Below, one piece after another: positions 49,540-62,761 of a stretch of 64,000 bases of DNA. The translations under genes and the position numbers were made by a program. The stretch's first letter is position 1. The number at the start of each line of letters is the position of its first letter. The DNA is from Mobula hypostoma. Taxonomy: Eukaryota. The notes beneath the pieces are model-generated. The model made no database searches. It had not been told where the DNA came from and was given only the letters and a program-made list of their open reading frames with translations. The stretch spans positions 83,392,001 to 83,456,000 of the forward strand of contig NC_086108.1 in assembly GCF_963921235.1 (NCBI RefSeq). The letters run 5' to 3'.

Positions 49540-50306
49540 AAGACTAAGGAGCTGGTGGTGGACCTGAGGAGGGCTAAGGTACCGGTGACCCCTGTTTCCA
49601 TCCAGGGAGTCAGTGTGGACATGGTGGAGGATTACAAATACCTGGGGATACGAACTGACAATAAACTGGACTGGTCAAAGAACACTGAGGCTGTCTACAA
49701 GAAGGGTCAGAGCCGTCTCTATTTCCTGAGGAGACTGAGGTCCTTTAACATCTGCTGGATGATGCTGAGGATGTTCTACGAGTCTGTGGTGGCCAGTGCT
49801 ATCATGTTTGCTGTTGTGTGCTGGGGCAGCAGGCTGAGGGTAGCAGACACCAACAGAATCAACAAACTCATTCATAAGGCCAGTGATGTTGTGGGAATGG
49901 AACTGGACTCTCTGACGGTGGTGTCTGAAAAGACGATGCTGTCCAAGTTGCATGCCATCTTGGACAATGTCTGCCATCCATTACATAATGTACTGGTTGG
50001 GCACAGGAGTACATTCAGCCAGAGACTCATTCCACTGAGATGCAACACTGAGCATCATAGGAAGTCATTACTGCCTGTGGCCATCAAATTTTACAACTCC
50101 TCCCTTGGAGAGTCAGACACTCTGAGCCAATAGGCTGGTCCTGGACTTATTTCCATCTGGCATAATTTACATATTACTGTTAAATTATTTATGGTTTTAT
50201 ATTGCCATATTTATACTCTTTTCTTGGTTGATGCAACTGTAATGAAACCCAATTTCCCTCGGGATCAATAAAGTATGTCTATCTATCTATCTTTCTATCT
50301 ATCTAT
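49540..50306 (+). mobile_element. Rex1-like LINE (family B) 3' part nested in CR1
   Basis: ORF 49555-50133; (TATC)n tail; TSD CTAATCT at 49533-49539 and 50307-50313. Confidence 0.88.
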
Positions 50307-51167
50307 CTAATCTGTCTTCGTTCTTCTGTAGCCTCTCTACTTCCTCAAAACTACCTGCCCCTTCACCTATCTTCATATTGACTGCAAACTTTGCAACAAA
50401 GCCCTCAATTCCATCATCCAAATCATTGACATATAACATAAAAAGAATCAGTCCCAATGCAGACCCCTGTGGAACACCACTAGTCACCAGCAGCCAACCA
50501 GAAAAAGCTCCCTTTTTCCCACTCTGCCTCCTGCCTATCAACCAGTGCTTTATCTATGCCAAATCCTTCCTATAAAACCATGTGCTCATAGCTTGTTAAG
50601 AAGCTTCAAGTGTGGCACCTTGTCAAAGGCCTTCTGAAAATCCAAGTACGCAACATCAACTGATTCTCTTTTGTCTATCTTGCTTGTTATTACTTCAAAC
50701 AATTCCAACAGATTTGTCAGGCAATGACCACAAACCATGCTGACTACAGCCTATTTTATCATGTGTCTCCAAGTACCCTGAGACCTCATCCTTGATAATC
50801 GACTCTCACCCTTCTTGAAGAGCGGAGTGACACTTGCAATTTTCCAGTCTTCCAAAACCATTTCAGAATCTAGTGGTTCTTGAAAAATCATTACTAATGT
50901 CTCCATGATCTCTTCAGACACCTCTTTCAGAACATTGGGGTGTACACCATCTGGGCCAGGTAACTTATCTACCTTCAGACATTTCAGTTTCTATAGTTGT
51001 GGTAACTTCACACACTTCATGACCCCTGACACCTGGAACTTCCACCATACTGCCAGTGTCTTTCATAGTGAAGACTGATGCAAAATACTTACTCAGTTCA
51101 TCTGCCATTTCCTTGTCCCCAAACTGACCTCTCCAGTATCATTTTCCAGCTGTCCGATACCCATTCT

Positions 51168-52818
51168 CAGAATCAGGTTTATTATCACCGGAATGTGTTG
51201 TGAAATTTGTTAACATAGCAGCAGCAGTTCTATGAAATACATTATATAGAAGAAGAAAAAAAAAAAAAATCAATTACAGTATTGAATAGATTAAAAATCA
51301 TGCAAAAAAAGAAATAACATATATTAAAAAAGTGAGGTAGTGTCCATGGGTTCATTTAGGAAGTTTTTGAGTGTTTTTGTTGACATACCAAATCTCTTCA
51401 AACTCCTAATGAAGTACAGTACAGTCGTTTTCTTGACTTCTTTATAACTGCATCAATATGTTGGGACAAGTTTAGATCCTCAGAGATCCTGACACGCAGG
51501 AACTTAAACTACTCACTCTCTCTACTTCTGATCCCTGTATGAAGATTGGTATGTGTTCCTTTGTCTTACCCTTCCTGAAGTCCGTAATCAGCTCTTTCAT
51601 CTTACTGACATTCAGTGCAAGGTTGTTGCTGCGGCACCACTCTATTAGTTGGCACATCTCACTCCTGTGTGCCCTCTCATCCTCCATCTGAGATTCTACC
51701 TACAATGGTTGTATCATCAGCTAATTTATCAATGGTATTGGAGCTATGCCTTGCCACACAGTCATTGGTATACAGAGAGTAGAGCAGTGGGCTAAGCACA
51801 CATCCTTGAGGTGCACCAGTGTTGATTGGCAGCGAGGAGGAGATATTATCACCAATCCACACAGATTGTGGTCTTCGGGTTAGGTAGTCAAGGATCCAAT
51901 TACAGAGGGAGGTACAGAGGCCCAGGTTCTGTAACTTCTCAATCAGGATTGTGGGATTGAGGAGGGAGGAGAAAATGGCGGCGTGACGCAGCGCACACGA
52001 CCGTTCCGAATGAATATCGATATGTGTAACTAGGGGGCCGTGCATCAATCCGGATTTGATGGGAACAGCCGTGAAGAAGCACGGCGGAACATCTGGTGAA
52101 ACTTCTGAAATGCCTGCTTCGCTGTCGCTGCTACTGTGTGATCAAGAATCTCCAGAGACGAAGGCCCCAAATCCTCGGCTTTGCGCATTACCTGTTGCCG
52201 GGGCCGGGGTCGAAATGCTCGGCAGTGATGGTGCTCGGTGCTCGGTGTCGAATAGGTGGTCGGAGGCTCGGAGTTTCTCGGACGGACTCAGAGTCGGACT
52301 GTAGTCGGATGCTTCCGGATGCTGCATCGGCAAGTTGGCGGTGCTGGAGGTTTACCGTCTGCGTGAGATGATGGGACTTCCGAGTGATTCTGAGACTTTT
52401 ACAGTGCCATGGTCTGTTCTTATCAAGTTACGGTATTGCTTTGCACTGTTGTAACTACATGTTATAATTAGGTGGTTTTTGTTAGTTTTTAAGTCAGTTT
52501 GTCATGTGTTTTCGTGATATCATTCTGGAAAAACATTTTTATCATTTCTTAATGCATGCATTATAAATGACAATAAAAGGAGACTGCGTGTCCTCATAGT
52601 CATAATAATAATAATAAATGATGAGCTATAGTCAATGAGCAGCATCCTGTTGTCCAGGTGATCTAAGGCCACGTGAAGAGTTATTGAGATTGCATCTATT
52701 GTTGACCTATTGTGGCCACAGGCAAATTGCAGTGGGTCCAGGTCCTTGCTGAGGCAGGAGTTCAGTCTAGTCATGACCAACCTCTCAAAGCATTTCATCA
52801 CTGTCGATGTGAGTGCTA
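51168..52818 (-). mobile_element. Rex1-like LINE fragment nested in CR1, itself split by a SINE-like element
   Basis: MKCFERLV...[24 protein letters not shown]...ADDTT; TCTGAT tail. Confidence 0.82.
51958..52617 (+). mobile_element. GC-rich non-autonomous retroposon, second copy of 2941-3637
   Basis: Colinear homology (GGAACATCTGGTGAAACTTCTGAAATGCCTGCTTCGCTG...); AAAATGGCGGC head; (ATA)n tail. Confidence 0.75.
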
Positions 52819-54420
52819 CTCACCTCTCATTTACACTTTATGTATCAGAAGAAACTTTTGGTATCCTCTTTAATATTATTGGCGAGCTTACTTTCATATT
52901 CTATCTTTACCTTTTTAATGACCTTGAGTTGCCTTCTGTTGGTTTTTAAAAGCTTCCCAATCCTCTAACTTCCCACTAAGTTTTGCTTTATTATATGCCC
53001 TCTCTTTGGCTTTTATGTTGGCTTTGACTTCTGTTAGTCACGGTTCTATCATCTAGCCTTTAGAATACTTCTTCCTCCTTGGGATGTATATATCTTGTGC
53101 CTTCTGAATTACTTACAGAAATTCCAGCCATTGCCGTCTGCTGTCATTCCTGCCAGTGTTCTTTTCCAATCAATTCTGCCCAACAACTCTGTAATTCCCT
53201 TTACTCCACTGTAATACTGATACATCTGACTTTAGCTTCTACTTCTCAAATTTTAGGGTGAATTTGATCATATTATGATAACCTTGCCCTAAGGGTTCTT
53301 CTATCTTAAGCTCTCTAATCAATTCTGGTTCATTGCACATCGCCCAATCCAGAATAGCTGATCCCATATTGAGCTCAACTATGAGCTGCTCTAAAAAGCC
53401 TTTGCATAGGCACTCTAGATCATCCACTCATCATCCACCTTTCCTACGATACTTCCCTCTACTGGAATTCAGCACCCACCTGATTTTACCGATCTACCTA
53501 CATATTGAAATCCCCCATGACTATTGTAACATTGCCCTTTTGGCATGCATTTTCTATCTTTCATTGTAATTTGTAGACCACATCCTTACTACTGTTTGGG
53601 GGTCTGACAATACAACTGCCATCAAGGTCTTTTAACCCTTGTAGTTCCTTAGCTCTATTCACAAAGATTCAACACCTTCTGACCCAATGTCACCTCTCCT
53701 AAAGATTTGAGTTACATTTTTTACCAACAGAGTAACACCGTCCGCTGTGCCTTCCTGCCTGTCCTTTCAATACAATGTGTATCCTTGGACATTAAGCTCC
53801 TAGCTATGAATCTTCCTTCATCCATGATTCAATGATGCCTACAACATTATACCTGCCAATCTTCAACTGTGCTGCAAGTTCATCTACCTTATTCTGTATA
53901 CTGTGAACATTCAAATGTAACACCTTCAATCCTTTTTGATTTTGTCCGCCTTTTATGTTGTGAATCATCCTATTGATTGCAATTTTGCCCTATCTACAGC
54001 CTCTCCTCACTACACATTGGCTCTGTAAACTTGCTACCTCATCTTCAGCACTATCATCCACCCTTCCTATAATACTTACTGCATTGAAATATATGCAGCT
54101 CAGCACTCTAGTTGCACCATGCTCAACCTTTTGATTCCTAACTTTGTCTGAGGTCTTAACAACATCTGTCTCCACAGACTCCACTTACTGTTTGGACACT
54201 CTAGTTCCCATCCCCCTGCAACTTTAGCTTAAACCCCAATGTGCAGCATTAACAACCCTTTCCGCTCGGATATTAGTCCCCCTTCAGTTCAGGTGCAAAC
54301 AGTCCTGTTTGTACAGGTCTCCCTTTCCCTGGAAGAGAGCCCAATGATCCAAAAATCTTCTGCCCTCCCTCCTACACCAACTCCTTGGCCACATATTAAA
54401 CTGTATAATCTTCCTAGATC

Positions 54421-57125
54421 CTAGAGCCAAAAGACAAATTTTAAAAGTTCGTAGGGGGGACGGTAGTTTAGCTTGTAATTATGAAGACTTTTACATTGAA
54501 CTTTATAATTCTCAGTTTCCAGCTGATCCTTCTAAAATGAATACCTTTTTACAGAAGACTGATTTTCCTCGAATTTCTGTTGAAGATCAACAAACTCTTG
54601 ATACTCCTATTACTGAAAACGAAATTCAGAAAGCTATTCTTTCAATGCAATCTGGTAAAGCTCCTGGATTGGATGGTTATTCTGTAGGATTTTATAAATA
54701 AAGTTTGAGGTGGTATGCTTTGGAAGGACAAACTCCAAGGCAGAGTACATAGTAAATGGCAGGATACTTGGTAGTGTGGAGGAGCAGAGGAATCTGGGGG
54801 TACATGTCCACAGATCCCTGAAAGTTGCCTCACGGGTAGAAAGGGTAGTTAAGAAAGCTTATGGGGTGTTAGCTTTCATAATCGAGGGATAGAGTTTAAG
54901 AGTTGCGAGGTAATGATGCAGCTCTATAAAACTCTGGTTAGGCCACATTTGGAGTAGTGTGTCCAGTTCTGGTCACCTCACTATAGGAAGGATGTGGAAG
55001 CATTGGAAAGGGTACAAAGGAGATTTACCAGGATGCTGCCTGGTTTAGAGAGCATGGATTATGATCAGAGATTAAGGATGAGAGGAGACATGATAGAGGT
55101 ATACAAGATATTAAGAGGAATAGATAGAGTAGATAGCCAGCGCCTCTTCCCCAGGGCACCACTGCTCAATACAAGAGGACATGGCTTTAAGGTAAGGGGT
55201 GGGAAGTTCAAGGGGGATATTAGAGGAAGGTTTTTCACTCAGAGAGTGGTTGTTGCGTGGAATGCACTGCCTGAGTCAGATACACTAGTGAAATTTAAGA
55301 GACTACTAGACAGGTATATGGAGGAATTTAAGGTGGGAGGTTATATGGGAGGAGGGTTTGAGGGTCAGCACAACATTGTGGGCTGAAGGGCCTCTACTGT
55401 GCTGCACTATTCTATGTTCTATGTTCTATAAAAATATGAAAAATTGCTTTCTCCATATATGCTGGAAAGGCTTAAAGATTCTTTTTGGATAGGAGGGTTA
55501 CCTCTCACATTTTATGAAGCTTCTATTTCTTTAATTCTTAAGAAAAATAAAGACCCTACTGACTGTGCTTCATATAGACCTATTTCATTATGAAATGCGG
55601 ATGCTAAAATTCTTTCAAAAATAATGGCTGATCGACTGGAGAATATTCTAGCTAAAATTATCCTTCAGGACCAAACAGGTTTTGTAAAGGGCCGTTATTC
55701 CTTCTCTAATATTCGGAGACTGTTAAATGTTATATTCTCATCCTTTTCTAAGCCTCCCCAATGTGTTGTTTCTCTCGATGCCTCAAAGGCATTTGACAGA
55801 GTTGAATGGAAATACTTATTTAACGTTTTAGAGAAATTTGGCTTTGGTATTACCTTTAATAAGTGGATTAGAATGATATATAAAAGCCCTATTGCTATTG
55901 TTATTACTAATAATTGCAGATCTCCTTGTTTTTGACTCTCACGGGGTACGAGACAAGGATGTCCGTTAAGTCCCTTGTTATTTAATTTGGTGTTGGAACC
56001 CTTGGCCATTGCACTTCGTGAAGCTAAAGATATCCATGGAATTTTCATAAATGGAACTATTCACAAGATCTCCCTTTATGCTGACGATCTCTTAGTTCAT
56101 GTTTTAAATCCTGAAGAATCCATTCCTAGTTTTTTGAAATTATTAAATTTATTTGGAAAGTTTTCGGGATATAAACTAAACCCTCATAAAAGTGAATTAT
56201 TTCCTCTTAATGATTCTGCTTCTATATATGATGACATTCCTTTTAGAGTTACGGACTCTTTTAAATATTTAGGTATTATTATCACTAAAAATCATAGAGA
56301 CCTTTATAGAGCTAATTTGGTTCCTTTAGTGGATTTTATGAAGCAATTAATTTGTAGATGGAATCCACTTACACTTTGGTTAGCCAGCCGAATTCATGCA
56401 GTTAAAATGATGATTTTACCAAAATTTTTATATGTATTTCAAAATATCCCTTTTTTTAACTAATAAGTTTTTTGATCAGGTTGATTCTATTATTTCATCT
56501 TTTGTTTGGAATAATAAAAGACCAGGAATTGGAAAATGTCATTTACAAAAACTAAAACGGGTTGGAGGTGTTGCCCTGCCTAATTTATGAATATACTATT
56601 GGGCTGTTAATATATGTTATATGTGCTCTTGGTTATATTGGGCTGATAAAAATGAACGACCACCTTGGGCTGATTTGGAATTGAAAGCTGTGAAACAGTT
56701 TCACTTAACCTCATTATTAGGAGCTTCTTTACCTGTACAACTGGCCAAAATTGCTCATCTAAATTTATATCCTATGATTAAGTAGTCATTACGAATTTGG
56801 TACCAGTTTCATAATTTTTTTAATCTCAAAAAATTTAACCTCCTTAGTTTAATTTATCAAAATTATTTATTTAAACCTTCATTAAGTGATCCTACCTTTC
56901 TTCTTTGGAGGAATAAAGGAGTTTGTTCCTTCATGGATCTGTTCCAAGAAGGGCGATTGATATCTTTTGAGAAATTGGTAACTAAATACTCTCTCTCATA
57001 CTCACATTTCTTGCAATATCTTCAGGTCAGACATTTCTTACTACATATTGACATGTTGACTTGATTACCTTAATGTATTTTTTGTTGATCTTTAATAATT
57101 AATAAAAAAGATTTTAAAAATGAAA
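54421..57125 (+). mobile_element. L1-clade LINE ORF2 (RT) remnant, 5' truncated and internally deleted, nested in CR1
   Basis: KAPGLDG...FYK; YRPISL; QTGFVKGR; SLDASKAFDRVEW; GTRQGCPLSPLLF; LYADD; FSGYKLN..KSE; FKYLGI; A-rich end. Confidence 0.9.
54699..55428 (+). mobile_element. CR1 3' end nested in L1
   Basis: ERVQRRFTRMLPGL...TRGHGFKVRG...FFTQRVV; (TTCTATG)n tail; probable TSD TATAAA. Confidence 0.88.
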
Positions 57126-57163
57126 TAGACCTGGCCTCACTAGCACGTGGCATGGGTAGATCA

Positions 57164-57536
57164 GATTCTCTGTGGATTGTCACCTTGTCATGGTGGAGAG
57201 GCTTGTGTCATCCTGTGATCCCGAGTGCGATGCCATCTGGCGCTATGCTCCTGGTAGGGTCACTCATGGCGGTAAGATCAAGGGTGAGGTTCCTGACAAA
57301 GAACAATCCAACCAAGACCTCAATGGTGAAACAGGAGGACGAAGTTACTTTGAACTCAACAGCTGTGAAGGCGGATGAAGGCTGCAACAAATCCATCAGC
57401 TCCAATTGTCATGGTTTCCATGCCATTGGAATCAGTTGGTTGATTTGTGAAGTATCATGTGCTTCTTGGAGTGCAACATCAAGTACACATTAAACAAATA
57501 TACGCACAGGCGTCTTCGCTCTGTGGGCCTTCTTCA
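57164..57536 (+). mobile_element. RTE-related non-autonomous element nested in CR1 ORF1
   Basis: GTCACCTTGTCATGGTGGAGAGGCTTG...GGTAGGGTCACTCATGGC...CCTGACAAAG resembles RTE (BovB/Rex3-type) 5'UTRs; probable TSD AGATCA. Confidence 0.65.
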
Positions 57537-58907
57537 AGATCACAACCCTGGAGGTCCTGCTCTTTAACTTCGCACCTAACTCCTTCTGCAGAACCTCGTT
57601 ACTCATCCTACCCACGTCATTGGTACCTAACATAGACCACAACTTCTGTCTGTTCACCCTCCCACTTAAGAATGCCGAGAACTCGATTGGAGATACCCCG
57701 GAACCTGGTATCCGGGTTCAACAAACCATCTGGGAATCTCTTTCTTGCCTATAGAACCTCTGTCCATTCCCCTAACTAATGAATCCCTTATCATCACAGC
57801 GTGCCTCTTCTCCCCACTTCCCTCCTGAATCACAGAGGCAGATTCAGTGCTAGAGACCCAATCACTGTAACTCTCCTCTGTGAGGTTATTCCCCTCAACA
57901 GCATCCAAAGTGATATACCTGTTGTAGAGTAGGATGGCCACAGGGGTACTCTGTACTAGTGCCTTTGCCCCTTTCCCCTTTCTGACTGTCACCCAGTTTC
58001 CTCTGTCCTGTACCTTGGGAGTAACTACCTTCCTACATGTCTATCTATTACTCCCTCAGCCTTCTGAATGATCCGGAGTTCGTGTAGTTCCAGCTCCAAC
58101 TCCTTAACGTGGATTGTTAAAAGCTGCAACTGGATGCACTTCTCGCAGTTGTAGTCGTGAGGGACACTGGAGGTCTCCCTGCCTTCCTACATCCCACCAG
58201 AGGAGCATTCAACAATCCTGGCTGGCATCTTTACTGTCCTTGCTGAGCAGATATAAAGAAGGGAATGAAAAAGAAACTTAACCTAGAGCTTTTCTTTCCT
58301 TTGTTTTCTCTGACTGAAGCCTCTCTTCACTGGAGCCTCGAAGAGCTAAAGCCTCAAGATCACCACTCTGACGATGGCCACCGCAACAATGGCCTCTATC
58401 TTGCCCCACCTTCCTTTAATTTGCTCTTGCTAATCAATCCCAAACGTTGATTGGTCACTGGTCGTGGCTCTTTTACACTAGAGCAACCAGCTGCTGCCTT
58501 TTGTACTTAGGCACTGGGCCTGATGGACATCCTCTCCTCTCTAAATTTCTGATGTCCCGATTGGCCACTGGTCAAAGCTCTATAACTTTGAGGTTATAGA
58601 ATAGATCTAATGAGGATTTTGGAAATACATGTTGATAACTGCTTATCCGAAATGCTTGGGGCCGGAAGTGTTTCAGTTTTTGGATTTTGGTATGTTTGTT
58701 TCTGTTATGAAACCTTGAGGATGGGACCCAAGTCTAAATACGAGGTCCATTTACATTACAAGCACAGCTTAAAATATAATCTGAAGGTTGTTTTATATAA
58801 TATTTTGATAACCTTGCGCATGAAACAATAATGTGTATTTTGAACCATCAGAAAGGGAAGCTATCACAACCTCAGCCTCTCAGGTGGACAGTCAGAGGCT
58901 GTTCCGC

Positions 58908-59637
58908 TGTTTGGGGTGATATACTGTCTCCGGTGCTCCCGATGTGGCCTTTTATATATTGGCAAGAACCGAAGCAGACTGGGAGTCCGCTTTGCTGAAC
59001 ACCTACGCTCTGTCCGCCAGAGAAAGCAAGATCTCCCAGTGGCCACACATTTTAATTCCACATCCCATTCCAATTCTGACATGTCTATCCACGGCCTCCT
59101 CTACTGTAAAGATGAAGCCACACTCAGGTTGGAGGAACAACACCTTATATTCCGTCTGGGTAGCCTCCAACCTGATGGCATGAACATCGACTTCTCTAAC
59201 CCGCTAATGCCCCACCTCCCCCTCGTACCCCATCTGTTACTTATTTTTATACACACATTCTTTCTCTCACTCTCCTTTTTCTCCCTCTGTCCCTCTGAAT
59301 ATAACCCTTGCCCATCCTCTGGGTCCCCCTCCCCACCTTGTCTTTCTTCCCGGACCTCCTGTCCCATGATCCTCTCGTATCCCTTTTGCCTATCACCTGT
59401 CCAGCTCTCGGCTCCATCCCTCCCCCTCCTGTCTTCTCCTATCATTTTGCATCTCCCCCTCCCCCTCCAACTTTCAAATCCCTTACTCACTCTTCCTTCA
59501 GTTAGTCCTGACGAAGGGTCTCGGCCTGAAACGTCGACTGCACCTCTTCCTAGAGATGCTGCCTGGCCTGCTGTGTTCACCAACAACTTTTATGTGTGTT
59601 GCTTGAATTTCCAGCACCTGCAGAATTCCTGTTGTTT
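58908..59637 (+). mobile_element. Penelope-like element 3' fragment (GIY-YIG + UTR + hammerhead)
   Basis: VIYCLRCSRCGLLYIG..R..L..RFAEH; TSD GCTGTTC(C/A)GC at 58898-58907 and 59638-59647. Confidence 0.92.
59503..59540 (+). ncRNA. Minimal type I hammerhead ribozyme
   Basis: TAGTC-CTGACGA-A-GGGTCTCGGCCT-GAAA-CG-TC-GACTG; core intact. Confidence 0.78.
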
Positions 59638-61139
59638 GCTGTTCAGCATTGCCATCATTCCTGACTCTGAATGTAGATGCTACCAGTAAGCAGTCTTTGT
59701 CTTACACTTTTCATCACAAATATGTACCGATGCAGCGGTTCAGCATGTTAGATTTTTATCAGTGATGATCTTGGCAAACTCATCAATGAATTTCTCTGCT
59801 GCTTCGTGATCAGCACAAATCTTTAAAAAATTAATGCTGTGCCTTTTCTTAAATTTCTGCGACCAGCCTACTGAATATTCATAATTATCTTCAATTTTTA
59901 GTTCGCCGCGATAGATCTTTGCTTGTTTCATGATTAGTTTACCATTAAGCAGCCATATGTTCACTCTGACGCTGATGAATCCAGTTTCAATATATGAAGA
60001 AGATCTTCAATTTTCACCTTATGTAGTGTTTTTCTATTTTTCATTAACTTGTATTCATTACAAATGTGAGGTCATTATTCAGAACCGTCAGTGGTGCACA
60101 GAAATCTGTGCATCGTTTGGGAACCTTCGCAGAGCCTTGTGGAATTTTCCATTTGTGATGTCATGTTAGGGCTAAAAAAAAAATTTGGATTTCGGAGGTC
60201 TTCTGGTTTTAGAATTTCGGATAAGGGGTGCTCAGTCTGTAATATTTTTCACAGACAGTGATTGAAATCTGGAACAGTGTCTGAGGGATTGGTGGACATA
60301 GCAACTTTCATAATGTAGATGAAAGCATGAAATGCTGTGGCAGAAAAAGCTATGGGTCGAGTGCTGGAAAATCGAATTAGTACAGATAGGTACAAAGTGA
60401 CCTCCATGGATTTCATGGGACATAGGGCCTACTTCTCTGTTCCATACAGACTAAAACTGCCTAAAACAATCTTTGCAAGATATGGGGTTCCTAAGGAAAC
60501 ATATTTACTTGTTTTACAGTCCTGTCACTCTTTTATTCCTGATGAGGGAATGATATATTCAAATTATTTTGACTTTTATTTGACCAGCCACTTTCATCCC
60601 TGGCTTCAGATCCAGCAGGTAGCCAAAAACAATATACAACAAAATGGCATTAATAGTCCTTTACTAAAAAACTTACATAATAGATCTTTAAATAACAATA
60701 AAATAGATGACATTTCTATCAGTCAATGGCCACTTCAAGATTGATAAAAATGAATTGAGAAGTTTTGTGCATGACAAATGAGAGAAATATATAGAAATGC
60801 ATGTAACCTCCCATTTTCTGATAGAGACATCACTTCAAATCCATTGCTATAAAACTTTTAGCAAATACCTGAAATAATTGCATGATTATATAATTGTATA
60901 TTTTATGCTATTCTTGTGAATATTGTGCCTTTAATGCTATGTTCTTGTGACGCTGCTGCAAGCAAATTTTTCATTACATATAGTACATGTCCTTGTGTAT
61001 GACAAAAAAAAATCCGAACTTTGACTTTGAAAGGCAACATTAGTAAAGGGTGGAATCATGATCTGTCTATTCTCTCAAAGTGATCTACTGCCAAACTACC
61101 AGCTGGAAGGAGACCACTGATTAAAACCTCTCACTCAGT

Positions 61140-61925
61140 CAGCAAGACTGCAGGAGGAGGAAACCGGAGGTACACGAGCCAGTCCTCATCAGGGTATCAG
61201 AGGTGGAGAGGGTCAGAAACATTAAATTCCTGTGTTAACATTTTGGAGGATCTGTCCTGGTTCCTGCACATAGGTGCCATTACAAAGAAAGCACGGCAGT
61301 GCCTCTACTTCCATAGAAGTTTGCAAAGATTCAGCATGTCATCTAAAACTTTGACAATTGTCTGTAGCTGTACAGTTTAGAGTATATTGACTGGTTATAT
61401 CATGACATGATATGGAAGTACCAATGCCCTTGAACGGAAAGGACCACAAAAAGTAGTGGGTACAGTCTAGTCCGTCATGGGTAAAGGCCTCCCCACTATT
61501 GAGCGTATCTATATGGAGTGCTATCGCAAGAAAGCAGCATCCATCAAGAACCTCCATCGAGGCCATGCTCTCTTCTTGCTACTGCCATAAGGAGGTACAG
61601 AGGCCTCAAGATCCACACCACCAGGTTCAGGAACAGTTATTACCTCTCAACCATCAGAGCGGATAACTTCACTCACCCCATCACCAAACTATGGACTCAC
61701 TTTCAAAGACTCTTCTTCATCTCATGTTCTCGACATTTATTGCTTATTTATTTATTGTTTTTTTTTGTATTTGCAGTTTGTTGTCTGTTGCACATTGGTG
61801 TTTGTATGTCTGGTTGGGTACAGTCTTTCGTTGATTCTATTGTATTTCTTCGTATTTACTGTGTATGCCCACAAGAAATGAATCTCAAGTTTAGATATAG
61901 TGACATATATGCTGACTATTGAAAC
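61140..61925 (+). mobile_element. Degraded Rex1-like 3' part
   Basis: EVERVRN.KF...EDLSW...KARQCLYF; TTRFRNSYY. Confidence 0.72.
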
Positions 61926-62761
61926 TTAGAAATTCTCTTTATAGAATTATAATTAACTAAAATAAAGGTAAACCCAAATTGCCATGACTTTAATAAAGAC
62001 AAGTACTTAAAATTTCTTGATGAAGAGGCTTTGACATCAGTAGCAAGCATATTTAAAAGAATAAAAGAGCCTTAGGCAATATAAAATCTAATTAGGAGGA
62101 AAAAGTGATTTAATTAAACCTGAAAAAACTGTGATATTTTATGAAGCCAGAGAGTTATGGTAGGAAACGAGGGAACTGGATTTTTTTCCTGTTAGTGCTA
62201 ATAAAAACAAAGCATCAGAAAATTAGCTTTGGAAGTATCACAAGAATCAAATTTCTTTGCTTATATCAGAAAATGTCTTGAATATTTTGAAGTTCAAAGT
62301 TGACATAACAAGAAACAGTTTGATTACTACAACTGAAGAGAATTTTATCAGAGAAATAAACTTCCTGAATTATTGGCATTAAAATTGTATTATTCTAAAG
62401 TATAAATTCTTTTACTTATATGAAAGGTGACCAACAGATGTTATAGCTAGATATTGAATTTGGTAATGCATTCTTTGGTTTCATGACTTGCTCAATAGAT
62501 AGCATTGTTACCTCCTGTGTACACAAAGTGATAGTGGTTGGTTATGTAATGAACAGACTGCATTACTACATTCAAAGTTGCTTGATTGATTTGTCACTTG
62601 TGGAAGAGATTGCCACATTGGCATGGAAGGATGTCAACAGTAAATGGTGTGAAAGCTGGAAGGCCATGTGCCATGCTAACATAATCAAGTACAGCACAAA
62701 AACTTACAAGAAGTTGAATCTAGAAAATTAATTCACAAGTTCTTCAGTTATATTTCAGGTA

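Larger units (their letters stand above)
48733..58400 (-). mobile_element. Near full-length decayed CR1 LINE hosting several nested insertions
   Basis: ORF1 zinc-finger/coiled-coil (CEKCIQLQLL...ELELEL) and esterase pieces at 57540-58250 and 54240-54420; APE start LSCIYFNA.SI (~54080); RT pieces SGVPQGS.LG, LVRPH.EYCEQFW; tail CTCCTATATCTCATGGTCT. Confidence 0.85.
58628..60239 (-). mobile_element. Tigger/pogo-like DNA transposon, internally deleted, split by a Penelope-like insertion
   Basis: TA-flanked TIRs CATGTTGATAACTGCTTATCCGAAAT / ATTTCGGATAAGGGGTGCTCAGTCTG; CENP-B-type HTH LNG.LIMKQAK...S.GW.QKFKKRH. Confidence 0.82.

Noticed and set aside
1960..59540. Repeated ~36-bp motif as a CRISPR-like repeat
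   Set aside because: Copies are dispersed, on both strands and embedded in retroelement tails, with no spacer array or cas genes.
58916..59689. 257-aa GIY-YIG ORF as a novel nuclease gene
   Set aside because: Truncated Penelope fragment that lost its stop and reads into UTR; flanked by a TSD.
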